Of a stretch of 64,000 nt of DNA, positions 10,598-20,024 are shown piece after piece. The DNA is from Sedimentisphaeraceae bacterium JB056 (GTDB taxonomy: Bacteria > Planctomycetota > Phycisphaerae > Sedimentisphaerales > Sedimentisphaeraceae). Within the stretch, counting starts at the first letter, position 1; each line of letters starts with the position of its first letter. The stretch is from positions 1-64,000 of the forward strand of contig JBITAJ010000028.1 of NCBI GenBank assembly GCA_044440125.1. Direction: 5' to 3'. The position numbers and the translations under genes were made by a program. The notes under the pieces were generated by a model that saw only the letters and a program-made list of their open reading frames with translations, had not been told where the DNA came from and searched no databases.

Positions 10598-11551
10598 TTA
10601 ATTTATAAGCGACCCAGTCAATTCTGAGAGCTTCTCAATACCATTTTCTCTACAGTAATCAGCAAGTCCTGTTATAAGCCTCTCACAAGTGGAAGGATCG
10701 GCAAAACTCGCAGTCCCAATACTTACAACCGCTGCTCCGGCTATCATGAACTCCAATATATCATTAACGGTTCGTATTCCGCCAAGCCCCATAATAGGTA
10801 TACCGGCATCTTTGGCAACCTCATTATACACCTTGTTAACAAGATAAACCGCTATAGGTTTGATTGCCGCTCCCGAAAGTCCGCCTGTTCTGTTGGAAAG
10901 TACCGGTTTACGTTTTTTAGTATCGATCACCATTGCAGTAAATGTATTCACAAGACTGAGAGCATCCGCCCCGCCTTCAACAGCCGCTGCCGCAGTAACA
11001 CTTATATCTGTAACTGTAGGCGTAAGCTTGACGATCAGAGGTTTACCTCCGCAAACAGCTTTAACTTCAGACGTTATCTTCTTTATAGCTGAAGGGTCCG
11101 TACCAAAAGAAATGCCGCCTTTTTTGACATTTGGACAACTTATATTCAGCTCAAAGCCGGCTATCGACTTCTGCAGGGCAAGCTTCTCCGTAACATCTAC
11201 ATAGTCATCAATAGTCTGACCGGCAAGATTGACAAATACAGGAACCGAATATTCTTCAATCAAAGGCATTTTCTCGGCAAGAAACCTGTCAAGCCCGATA
11301 TTTGCAAGACCTATGGCATTGAGCATACCACTGCTGGTCTCAACAATTCGAGGCACACCATTACCCTTACGAGGGGCTATAGATATACTCTTAGTAATAA
11401 AACCGCCAAGTGCTTCGACATTCATGTAATCGGATAACTCATCAATATAGCCGCAAGTACCTGAGGCCGTAAAAACCGGATTTTTAAGATCAAGACCGGC
11501 AAATTTCACACTTAGATCAACGTTACTCATCATTTCCTCTTTATTTACCAA
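10598..11551 (-). CDS. pyrD: Dihydroorotate dehydrogenase B, catalytic subunit
   Basis: KNPVFTASGT, MLNAIGLAN, ELNISCPN, VKLTP, TGGLSG; true start probably 11533 or 11530. Confidence 0.95.
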   Translation of the reverse strand: MVNKEEMMSNVDLSVKFAGLDLKNPVFTASGTCGYIDELSDYMNVEALGGFITKSISIAPRKGNGVPRIVETSSGMLNAIGLANIGLDRFLAEKMPLIEEYSVPVFVNLAGQTIDDYVDVTEKLALQKSIAGFELNISCPNVKKGGISFGTDPSAIKKITSEVKAVCGGKPLIVKLTPTVTDISVTAAAAVEGGADALSLVNTFTAMVIDTKKRKPVLSNRTGGLSGAAIKPIAVYLVNKVYNEVAKDAGIPIMGLGGIRTVNDILEFMIAGAAVVSIGTASFADPSTCERLITGLADYCRENGIEKLSELTGSLIN

Positions 11552-12489
11552 ACCAGGGTCTTACTATCAAAAACAGGGCCATCTTTGCAGCAAAGCTTAT
11601 ATACAGTCTCGTCACCGTCACCGGTTTTGACTTCCACTGCACAACTTTGACAAAGACCTATACCGCAAGCCATCATACGCTCGAGGCTTACCATACATTT
11701 AATGTCACGGGAATCTGCAAGCTTTGAAACAGCCTCAAGCATCGGTTCAGGGCCGCAGGCAAAGAACTCACAGCTCGATGGGTCTATAGTGTTTTCATCA
11801 AGCCACTTCTCAAGTGCACCTGTAACAAGTCCGTGAAAGCCGGCTGAGCCGTCATCTGTAGAAATTACGGATTCGGCTCCAACATTTTCGAATTCTTCTA
11901 TATTATCAACCGGTTTGGAAGTTTTAAGTTTCCTCTGAACACTGATAAACGGCAAATCACTAACATTTCTGGCACCGGCAAACGCTGCTATCCTAATATC
12001 ATTACGCTCGGCGGCGAGTTCTTTGGCAAAATGCTCAATTGGAGGGCAGCCTACACCACCGGCAATCATAACCGCAGTCTTGCATTCCGACGCCACCTCA
12101 AAACCATTGCCAAGAGGGCCTATCACATTAACAATATCCCCTTCGCAAAGCGATGAGAGACGAACGGTACCGGCTCCTATAACAGCATATATAATGTCAA
12201 CGACAGTCTTGCCGTCTTCCTCGAATATATCAACGAAGCTGAAAGGACGTCTTAATATAGGATTACGAACCGCTGCATCCTTCAATCCTTGCGGCGTGCA
12301 GCCGGGAATAGAAAGGTTTTCTACTTGTATTTCCAGAAATTGACCAGCTCTCGCATTGGCAAAAGCACTGGCCCCTTCGCCCCCAAACGCCATGCTGAGA
12401 CGAAAATACCTCTCGCCGACCGGCCTGTTATAGACAACATTGGCAGTAAACATGCCAGCTTTTTTTTGATTTTTATCACAATTACACAT
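11545..12489 (-). CDS. pyrK: Dihydroorotate dehydrogenase electron transfer subunit
   Basis: LRRPFS, GPLGNGF, AGGVG, CGPEPM, 2Fe-2S motif MACGIGLCQSC...CKDGPVF; adjacent to pyrD. Confidence 0.93.
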   Translation of the reverse strand: MCNCDKNQKKAGMFTANVVYNRPVGERYFRLSMAFGGEGASAFANARAGQFLEIQVENLSIPGCTPQGLKDAAVRNPILRRPFSFVDIFEEDGKTVVDIIYAVIGAGTVRLSSLCEGDIVNVIGPLGNGFEVASECKTAVMIAGGVGCPPIEHFAKELAAERNDIRIAAFAGARNVSDLPFISVQRKLKTSKPVDNIEEFENVGAESVISTDDGSAGFHGLVTGALEKWLDENTIDPSSCEFFACGPEPMLEAVSKLADSRDIKCMVSLERMMACGIGLCQSCAVEVKTGDGDETVYKLCCKDGPVFDSKTLVW

Positions 12490-12566
12490 ATTATCTTCTT
12501 ATTATCGCGGCTATAATAGCTGTTAGTTGAAAGCAGGACACCGCCGCCCCGCTAAAATCTATCAAG

Positions 12567-12594
12567 ATTATACACGTACCCTTGAATTAGTAAA
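12567..12594 (-). promoter_or_regulatory. Putative sigma70 promoter of pyrK-pyrD
   Basis: Minus strand TTTACT-16 nt-TATAAT about 80 nt upstream of pyrK. Confidence 0.5.
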
Positions 12595-12855
12595 GACCAA
12601 ATTAGAACCTCTGCAAGCCAGACTCATCTATTGTCATTTGAACAGATAAATTACAATAAAGCATAACACAGAAAACTACTATACAGCAGACATTTGCAAT
12701 AAAAATCAAGAAAATGCAATATACGTCCATCTAAAAGTCATAAGTTAGAAACTGGATTTTCAGCTCTTCAAAGGAGCTTTTGCAAGTTTATGGGAAAAAT
12801 ATCAATAAATATCATCATAGTTAAGTATAATATCAAAAAATATCAAAAAAATATC

Positions 12856-12884
12856 TTGACTTAATTTCTGCATTATGCTACTTT
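12856..12884 (+). promoter_or_regulatory. Putative sigma70 promoter of the mraZ operon
   Basis: TTGACT-17 nt-TACTTT with TGn extension, preceded by A-rich phased repeats. Confidence 0.55.
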
Positions 12885-12945
12885 TAACTTTAAGCTTGTT
12901 AGGGTTCTCATGGAAGTGAACTTATCTCACGGAAGAGATATATGT

Positions 12946-13452
12946 ATGGATGCATTAATTACTGGTGACATAAAACATTCGATCGATTCAAGTAATCGAT
13001 TATTCGTCAGCAAGAAGCTGCGAAGCCAGATGGGCGGTGACGAGGCAGGCTTGGTGGTCTACCTCGTCCCCGGCGTTAACTCTGCCGGTGCCCTGTATAC
13101 AGAGCAAGCTTTTAGAAGGTATGTGTACTCTACACCTGTTAGTGAAATGGATGATCCGGTTGCATATGAGCGTATGATGTTTTCGATGGCTCACAAATTT
13201 GAGCTTGATAAGAGTGGAAGGATTCAACTCACAGAAGAACTCATCAATCTCTACGACTTCAAAGACAACCTGTCATTATTAGGTGTGGGCGATCATATTG
13301 AAATATGGAATACCGATGATTGGTACCAGTACCGCAAGGAACAGTTTGCAAAATTCCAAAAGCAGACAAGAGCGGCTCGAAGCAGGACTTTCGAGACCAA
13401 CCGCAAGGAAGCGAACTCGCTGGCATCATCATCTAAAGAGAGTGAAGGATAA
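12946..13452 (+). CDS. mraZ: Division/cell wall cluster transcriptional repressor MraZ
   Basis: Two SpoVT/AbrB repeats (HSIDSSNRL; ELDKSGRI), LLGVGDHIEIW; directly upstream of rsmH (ORF track start 12910). Confidence 0.88.
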   Translation: MDALITGDIKHSIDSSNRLFVSKKLRSQMGGDEAGLVVYLVPGVNSAGALYTEQAFRRYVYSTPVSEMDDPVAYERMMFSMAHKFELDKSGRIQLTEELINLYDFKDNLSLLGVGDHIEIWNTDDWYQYRKEQFAKFQKQTRAARSRTFETNRKEANSLASSSKESEG

Positions 13453-13555
13453 GCCTTAAACGGCCCTGGTCATGGACGACCTCCTTCAATTCGAGTTTAA
13501 TGGCTGCAAGCATAGTACTTACAGCTAAGTTTAAAAACTGAATAAAGGTGAATTA

Positions 13556-14440
13556 ATGAACGATGTGCCAGCAAAGCACATTCCCGTTTTAGCTGATACC
13601 CTTCTTCAGCAGATAAGTCTTCCCAAGGACGCGGTTATGGTAGACGCAACCATCGGGCAAGGAGGCCACGCATATCTGCTTGCGAAGAAGTTTGAGTCGG
13701 TAAGCCATATCATAGGATTTGATGTGGATCCCGGCAGTATAGAAGTGGCAAGAGAGAACCTTGAGATTCTCGATTGCAAAGTAACGTTGATCAGGGATAA
13801 TTTCAGAAATATCCGTTCAAGGATGAACGAGATCGGCGTTGAGAAAGCGGATTTAGTTCTGGCAGATCTTGGATGGTGTTCGGCTCAGGTAGTCGACCAC
13901 CAACGAGGTATGAGCTATCAGGAAAATATGCCGCTGGATATGAGGCTCGATGATAGACTTGAAATATCGGCAGCCGATATAGTAAATGGTTCTAATGAAG
14001 AAGAAATCGCAGATATCATTTACCAATACGGCGAAGAAAGAGCTTCACGAAAAATAGCCAGGATGATAGTGGAACAAAGGAAGTACAGTCCTATCAGGAC
14101 GACAGGACAGCTTTCAGCGATCATCTACCGGGCTGTAGGTGGGGCAATAGCCTCAAAGTCAAGGGTTTTTCAGGCATTGAGAATCGCGGTAAATAAAGAA
14201 CTTGACGTTCTGCACGAGCTGCTTAATGCCCTACCCGAGCTGTTAAACCCGAATGGGTATGCTGCGATCATAAGCTTCCATAGTCTGGAAGACAGGATCG
14301 TAAAAGAAAATTTTAATAAAAACAAAAAAGATAAGATATACGAAGTTGTAACGAAGAAACCGCTTACCGCCTCCAAAGGGGAAATACGCGATAATCCGCG
14401 ATCGAGAAGCGCCAAACTCAGAATTGCCAAAAGGCTTTAA
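13556..14440 (+). CDS. rsmH: 16S rRNA (cytosine1402-N4)-methyltransferase
   Basis: HIPVL, DATIGQGGH, DLG, PLDMR, FQALRIAVN, ISFHSLEDRIVK, NPRSRSAKLR. Confidence 0.97.
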   Translation: MNDVPAKHIPVLADTLLQQISLPKDAVMVDATIGQGGHAYLLAKKFESVSHIIGFDVDPGSIEVARENLEILDCKVTLIRDNFRNIRSRMNEIGVEKADLVLADLGWCSAQVVDHQRGMSYQENMPLDMRLDDRLEISAADIVNGSNEEEIADIIYQYGEERASRKIARMIVEQRKYSPIRTTGQLSAIIYRAVGGAIASKSRVFQALRIAVNKELDVLHELLNALPELLNPNGYAAIISFHSLEDRIVKENFNKNKKDKIYEVVTKKPLTASKGEIRDNPRSRSAKLRIAKRL

Positions 14441-14503
14441 GATTGAAGCGGATACGATGGATGGCTGCGAGAGTAAGGTAAGCATTGACAGGAGTTTGGA
14501 CAA

Positions 14504-15316
14504 ATGTCAGTAAGAGATAAAATAGTACTGCTTAGTGCCTTGATTGTAATTGTCGGTGGTGCACTAATAATAAATGGACGGTTCAATGCCGAACTCGTCA
14601 ACAACGACAACTCCAATGATTTATCATCGAAGGAGTCTTTTGCTTTCCCCAGGCAGCTCTCTATCAAAGACATTGACACTCTTAATGATGCAAGAGGTGC
14701 AGTAGAAATCATTAAAGAGAAAACACAAAAGATTGCCGAAGTCCCCTCTCAGTTGAAAATAACCAAACAGGCGACAGAAATAAAGCCTGCCATAGAAAAG
14801 AGAATCATACGCAAGGAAGCTTTTGCGGCAGTAAGAGCCACCGCAGAAGTCCAGACACCTGCAAAAGTTCAAAAAGCTGCGGTAACAGGGCCTACTTATA
14901 CTGTACAAAAGGGACAAACATTAACAGATATCGCAATATCTGTGTACAATACCAAATCAAACGCAATAAAGAACGCCCGCAAAATCTATGAGTTCAACAA
15001 GGACATACTTCCAAGTATGGATAAAATAAAAGTCGGACAGAAATTAAGAATACCTCCTGACGCAGCAGACGATCAGAGCAAACTTAAGATGCTGGCCGAT
15101 TCCATGCAGGACAAAGTTCAGTTTATGAGCTCTAAGTATGTCGCTGCCCCCAAAGGCAAGCTTTACGTAGTCAAAAAAGGTGACAGCCTTTGGACTATCG
15201 CTCAAAACAGCCTTGGCAATGGAAGCAGATACAAAGAGATTATTGAAGTCAATAAAGGTCTGCTTGGCAAAGGGAACAGCATCTCTCCAGGTATGGCAAT
15301 AATAATTCCTAACTGA
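14504..15316 (+). CDS. Membrane-anchored protein with two LysM peptidoglycan-binding domains
   Basis: N-terminal TM helix; YTVQKGQTLTDIA...GQKLRIP and YVVKKGDSLWTIA...GMAIIIP. Confidence 0.9.
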   Translation: MSVRDKIVLLSALIVIVGGALIINGRFNAELVNNDNSNDLSSKESFAFPRQLSIKDIDTLNDARGAVEIIKEKTQKIAEVPSQLKITKQATEIKPAIEKRIIRKEAFAAVRATAEVQTPAKVQKAAVTGPTYTVQKGQTLTDIAISVYNTKSNAIKNARKIYEFNKDILPSMDKIKVGQKLRIPPDAADDQSKLKMLADSMQDKVQFMSSKYVAAPKGKLYVVKKGDSLWTIAQNSLGNGSRYKEIIEVNKGLLGKGNSISPGMAIIIPN

Positions 15317-15329
15317 AACGATTAGCACT

Positions 15330-15572
15330 ATGATGTTACTAATTCGTTTCATCTTTGCCGCCGCCTGCGTTACAACATTCCTTATTTTCACGGTGTATAT
15401 ACGCACAGAAAACCCTCGAATTTTCTACCAATGCCGTCACAGCAAGGTACAGAAAGACAGGATTGAACAAGATCTGCGCCTTATGAAAATAGAAATCGAA
15501 AGCTTTAAGAATCCCGTTGACATAAAGGACGTCATCGAAAAGGCAGATGAAAGCACAACCGAAGAAAACTGA
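15330..15572 (+). CDS. FtsL-like small bitopic membrane protein
   Basis: 80 aa, one TM followed by a coiled-coil-like segment ending in xxNP; occupies the ftsL position and overlaps the ftsI start. Confidence 0.55.
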   Translation: MMLLIRFIFAAACVTTFLIFTVYIRTENPRIFYQCRHSKVQKDRIEQDLRLMKIEIESFKNPVDIKDVIEKADESTTEEN

Positions 15573-17394
15573 TAAGAGGATTAAATTAAACTTTTCACGC
15601 ATAGACTACTGGTTCAGACTGTGCATGGTTATGCTTATCTTTATTTCTGCAGCGGTTGCTCTTACCTACAGATGTTTTCAGCTTGGCGATTATAAGACAA
15701 CAAAAGACTCCCAAGCTCTCCAGAATCTGCAAAGAATAAAAGTCAAACTCGAACCGCAAAAAGGATTGATTGTTGACACCGAAGGCAGACTGCTTGCCGC
15801 CAATAAGCAAGTCAGCACATTATTTGTTGATCCTGTTTTCCTGATGTCAGAACCAAATCAGTTACTGCTGACAGAAAAATTCAACCAATTCAAAGAAATC
15901 GAGAACACACTCGACTTGCCGCCTTATAAGATCGAAGATACAATATTCAACCATCCCAATGATCGATACTGGCCCATCAAACCTGAACTCACAAAGGAAC
16001 AAGTAGGTTTCGTAAAAAGTAAAAACGTAAAAGGATTAGGGGTAGTCGAAAGCGGTTCAAAACGAGATTACATCACAGGAGAACTTTTCAGTCATATTAT
16101 AGGATTTGCCAGCAGCAATAAGAAATTTTCCGAAGGTCTTGAAAGCATTTATTATGATGAGCTAACCGGTCAGAGCGGCTACGAAACATATCTCGGCGAC
16201 CGATCACGACGCCCTATTAATCTCTACGGCGAAAGCAAACAACCAGTCCACGGCGTAAGTCTTATATTAACCGCTGATGCCGTAATACAACTGTACGCCC
16301 GTGAAGCACTTCATAAGCGATGCAAGGAATATGAAGCAGAAAGCGGAATGGCCATCGTAATGAATCCAGAAAACGGTGCAATACTGGCTATGACAAATTA
16401 CCCTGACTTTGACCCAACCGCGTTGGCTGACTCGGAAATACCTGCCAGGCGTAATCGCGCAGTCACTGATGTTTACGAACCTGGAAGCATCATGAAACCG
16501 ATAGTCTGTGCAATAGCACTCGATATGGGAGTCATCAACAAAAACACGGTGATCTACTGCGAAAAAGGCCAATACTGTGGCAAGGGTTTCGGTTGCATCG
16601 GCGAATACGGCAACCATTCTTACGGCAATCTCACTGTTGCAGGTATCATACAGCATTCAAGCAATATCGGAATGGCAAAACTAGGGCAGAAGATGGGAGC
16701 AAAACGACTTTATAATGCTCTGCGGATGTTTGGATTTGGTGATGAGGTAACTCATAAAAAAATAACGGATTGGACCCCTGAAGAACAGAAAAATAAAGAG
16801 ATTTCAGAATTTCTGGGTGAAAGGGAAGGTCTGCTTAATCGCCTGGAACGCTGGAATGGATACAGTATAACTCGCGTGCCATACGGCCAGGAAATAGGCG
16901 TTACCGCACTTCAAATAGCGAAAGCATATTGTATTCTAGCCAACGGCGGCCGTGACGTACAGCCGCATATCGTAAGGGCATTTGTAGACAGTAATGGAGC
17001 AAATGTAATAACCGAGCCCCCTTCTGCAGGAGCCGGATATATAATTAAACCGGAAGTCGCGGATTATATCGTTAAAAAAGCAATGGTAGATGTGGTTAAC
17101 AGCAGCGATGGTACCGGCAAAAAAGCGGCACTTGATGACTATACCGTATTCGGCAAAACAGGTACAGCAAACATATCAGTCAATAAAGGATATGACAGCC
17201 AGAATTATGTTGCCTCATTCGTAGGCGGAGCACCGGCAGAAGACCCGAGAGTTATCGTACTGGTATCAATAGTCAAGCCAAATAGAAGGCTTGGCAAAGG
17301 ATACACAGGCGGAACAGTATCAGGGCCGGTAGTTGCCGAAATCATCGACAAAACCTTAAAGTACATGAAAATCCCACCGGAAAACAAGGACTAA
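15547..17394 (+). CDS. ftsI: Class B penicillin-binding protein (FtsI/PBP3-like transpeptidase)
   Basis: N-terminal TM, GxIVDxxGxxLA, GLE, intact SxxK (EPGSIMK), SxN (HSSN) and KTG (GKTGT). Confidence 0.88.
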   Translation: MKAQPKKTDKRIKLNFSRIDYWFRLCMVMLIFISAAVALTYRCFQLGDYKTTKDSQALQNLQRIKVKLEPQKGLIVDTEGRLLAANKQVSTLFVDPVFLMSEPNQLLLTEKFNQFKEIENTLDLPPYKIEDTIFNHPNDRYWPIKPELTKEQVGFVKSKNVKGLGVVESGSKRDYITGELFSHIIGFASSNKKFSEGLESIYYDELTGQSGYETYLGDRSRRPINLYGESKQPVHGVSLILTADAVIQLYAREALHKRCKEYEAESGMAIVMNPENGAILAMTNYPDFDPTALADSEIPARRNRAVTDVYEPGSIMKPIVCAIALDMGVINKNTVIYCEKGQYCGKGFGCIGEYGNHSYGNLTVAGIIQHSSNIGMAKLGQKMGAKRLYNALRMFGFGDEVTHKKITDWTPEEQKNKEISEFLGEREGLLNRLERWNGYSITRVPYGQEIGVTALQIAKAYCILANGGRDVQPHIVRAFVDSNGANVITEPPSAGAGYIIKPEVADYIVKKAMVDVVNSSDGTGKKAALDDYTVFGKTGTANISVNKGYDSQNYVASFVGGAPAEDPRVIVLVSIVKPNRRLGKGYTGGTVSGPVVAEIIDKTLKYMKIPPENKD

Positions 17395-17430
17395 AAAAGG
17401 GACATACGGCATAAACCGCGAATCCCTTAT
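17393..17430 (-). terminator. Putative intrinsic terminator between convergent ftsI and nitroreductase
   Basis: AAGGGA...TCCCTT interrupted stem followed by a T-run on the minus strand. Confidence 0.5.
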
Positions 17431-17439
17431 TACTACTTG

Positions 17440-17467
17440 CTACGAACTTCGAACTACGAACTTCTAA
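17440..17467. repeat. Degenerate 7-bp tandem repeat (CTACGAA/CTTCGAA x4)
   Basis: ctacgaa cttcgaa ctacgaa cttctaa read directly. Confidence 0.75.
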
Positions 17468-17474
17468 AGCCTTT

Positions 17475-18008
17475 TTACTCCCCGTATTTATTGAACCATG
17501 CTCTTTGGGCAAACGGTATTTTGTCCGGCTGCTGACGCTCTTCAAGCGGCATACCTACCGGCAGCAATATACGCACTATCTTGTCCTCGGGCAAACCGAC
17601 CCACTTGCCGATTTTCTCGTTCCTGTTCTCACGGCGAAGCCAGCCGTCAACCCATACAGCCGCATATCCCATATTAGTAATCGCAAGCAGCATGTTCTCA
17701 ACCGCCGCCGCACAATCCTCAACCTGAAACGACAACCCCTCGAAAACCGGCTGCGGATCTTTATCAATCACACAAAGGATATACGCTGCTGCACTTTTCA
17801 CCGCAGGATTGGCACCTTCGATAGAGGAAATCTTACTAACAAGCTCTGCATCGTCAACAATAACAAACTCGGTAGTCTGACGATTGCACCCAGAAGGAGC
17901 AATAAGCCCAGCCTCAACTATTTTTGTAAGATCATCACGGCTAACAGCTTCAGTAGAAAACTCCCCGCGATAACTATGCCGCTTCTTCAAAACATCAAAT
18001 AATTCCAT
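17475..18008 (-). CDS. Nitroreductase family protein
   Basis: KRHSYR, APSGCNRQ, DCAAAVENMLLA...GY. Confidence 0.93.
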   Translation of the reverse strand: MELFDVLKKRHSYRGEFSTEAVSRDDLTKIVEAGLIAPSGCNRQTTEFVIVDDAELVSKISSIEGANPAVKSAAAYILCVIDKDPQPVFEGLSFQVEDCAAAVENMLLAITNMGYAAVWVDGWLRRENRNEKIGKWVGLPEDKIVRILLPVGMPLEERQQPDKIPFAQRAWFNKYGE

Positions 18009-18071
18009 TATATCCCTCTTTCTAATCTATAGGCTCAACATCAATGTACTTAAACTTCGAAAAAAACTTCT

Positions 18072-19952
18072 TTACTCGTAACACCAGAACCAACTGTCAG
18101 CAAATGCAACCAAATCTATGTCATTTACAAAACCATCACCATTGCAGTCTATGTCAGTTGAATTAGTTTTCCAGTTTGAAGCCAATAATGCCAAGTCAAG
18201 ATAGTCAACTTTCAGATCTTTATTAAAATCACCAAATGTCCTATATAAGCCACCCTCAGCTTCCAGCTCCAGTATTGTTGTGTATCCCAGAAGACCACCT
18301 GGGCTTCCTATTATTCTGAAAGTATCAGTAACGACCGGTTCAAATTCAAAAGATATAGTTTGATACATTTTCGTTCTGATAAGAGGCTCAGACTGCAACA
18401 CATTTTGTGGCGAAACAAACTCTCCATCAACTAATATTTCAACACGAATATCGTCAAAATAGCCACCATTGCCGATATTATCCTGTATATAAGTATTGAT
18501 TCCGATCCATTTATAATCTCCCTCATAAAAAGTAATCTCATCGAGAATTATCGGCTCAGAAAAAGTCAGGCTAAACCAATGTTCTCCTGAAACACTATAG
18601 CTATAGTAAGGCCTCATTCCATTATATGAGTTATCCGTAACTCCATCAATAATAGTGTTAATATTATACAAATCACTTGAGCTATTATTGTATCTTGCAG
18701 CATTGGGAGTAACAGTTATCCCATTGGCAATAGCTTCTCCCACAAGGCCTTTAGGGTCAGATCGGTCAGGTTTCTCTGGTTGCGGAACAATACTGATATC
18801 TTCTGGTATAGTATAAATTGTATCATCCCCTTGCAATGAGATACTACCGCCATTTTGACTGATATTGTTTTCTGCCAAATCAGCCGCACGATTGGCAATA
18901 TTATTGATCGTATCCCATACTAATAAATTCGGTCGATATCCATTATAATACCGATTACTGCAAACATCTTCGCCAAACAAATCTTGCGGCAAACCACTCC
19001 TACCATTTATGACACCTAAAATTCCGCCAGCAGTTGCTGGATTACAGTCACAATCCCAACCTGCAAGAACACCAATCTGAACCGTCTGTTTATAGTCTCC
19101 ATTGCCGTAAAGAAGACACATTATCGTTACACCAAGATTTATTGTTGATTCAAGCCAATTGTAATAACGTCCTTTAGCATAAGAACCACTACCGTAATAA
19201 TCATAGAGTAAGCCTCGTGTAGCTCGCCAATCAGGAACATCATCAATCATATCTGCATCATACCATGCTGTAACATCTTGAATAACCTGCCGGCTACGAC
19301 TGGTTTGAGGGATACAGACAAGAGCATTTTCAATAAGAGTCCTTATATCCGATTCAAAATACGCATTGGCGTACATTGCTGAATAAAACTGCGAAGCGTG
19401 AATAGGAAATCCCTCATTTGAAATGGAAGCAAATGTGTAAGTAGTATCAATAGCATGTTGAATAAGTCCGGGGTTTATTGTACCTATAATTTCAGTTGTA
19501 ATCTGGCTGTCAATTGAATACCAATGCATATTATAGCTTCTACTGCCCGTCTCCGATGGCAGAAATCCATCTCCCATAAGGTACCATGCCTGCCTGTTTG
19601 ATATATAGATACCTGAAGAAGTGATATGATCAAGCCATTGATCTGCAAGCTGCTGGGGAGTTGGATTCATTCCATAGGTCTCAAATGTATCAAGGGCAAT
19701 ATACTCAATATCGGTATCATCATCACCAGGCCAGTACGAATCAGGACCCCGTAGAACCCACTCGACACTTTCTGCTGGATTGGGTGAAGAACCACTGTAA
19801 CTTCCTTCAGTAGGACGTCCCGCCATATTAGCTACAATCTGACCAAGCCACATACCCTCAATTTTATCAACAACCTGCGAACGGCTAATAGTTTCTGCAG
19901 CAACAAATTCCGTTAAAACAAAAACTCCAAGTAATAGAACATAATACCTCAT
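18072..19952 (-). CDS. Secreted ADP-ribosylglycohydrolase-family protein with discoidin-like and dockerin-like C-terminal domains
   Basis: Signal peptide; GMWLGQ...G, DDDTD and GWDCDCNPATAGGILG ARH-fold motifs; C-terminal GDFNKDLKVDYLDL...DCNGDGFVNDIDL EF-hand/dockerin-like pair. Confidence 0.8.
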   Translation of the reverse strand: MRYYVLLLGVFVLTEFVAAETISRSQVVDKIEGMWLGQIVANMAGRPTEGSYSGSSPNPAESVEWVLRGPDSYWPGDDDTDIEYIALDTFETYGMNPTPQQLADQWLDHITSSGIYISNRQAWYLMGDGFLPSETGSRSYNMHWYSIDSQITTEIIGTINPGLIQHAIDTTYTFASISNEGFPIHASQFYSAMYANAYFESDIRTLIENALVCIPQTSRSRQVIQDVTAWYDADMIDDVPDWRATRGLLYDYYGSGSYAKGRYYNWLESTINLGVTIMCLLYGNGDYKQTVQIGVLAGWDCDCNPATAGGILGVINGRSGLPQDLFGEDVCSNRYYNGYRPNLLVWDTINNIANRAADLAENNISQNGGSISLQGDDTIYTIPEDISIVPQPEKPDRSDPKGLVGEAIANGITVTPNAARYNNSSSDLYNINTIIDGVTDNSYNGMRPYYSYSVSGEHWFSLTFSEPIILDEITFYEGDYKWIGINTYIQDNIGNGGYFDDIRVEILVDGEFVSPQNVLQSEPLIRTKMYQTISFEFEPVVTDTFRIIGSPGGLLGYTTILELEAEGGLYRTFGDFNKDLKVDYLDLALLASNWKTNSTDIDCNGDGFVNDIDLVAFADSWFWCYE

Positions 19953-20024
19953 ACTACTCTTCCTCTTACAAAATTAAACTATTAATTATAGTGAGTTCTA
20001 TCTATTATATATTTTCTAAAAAGA

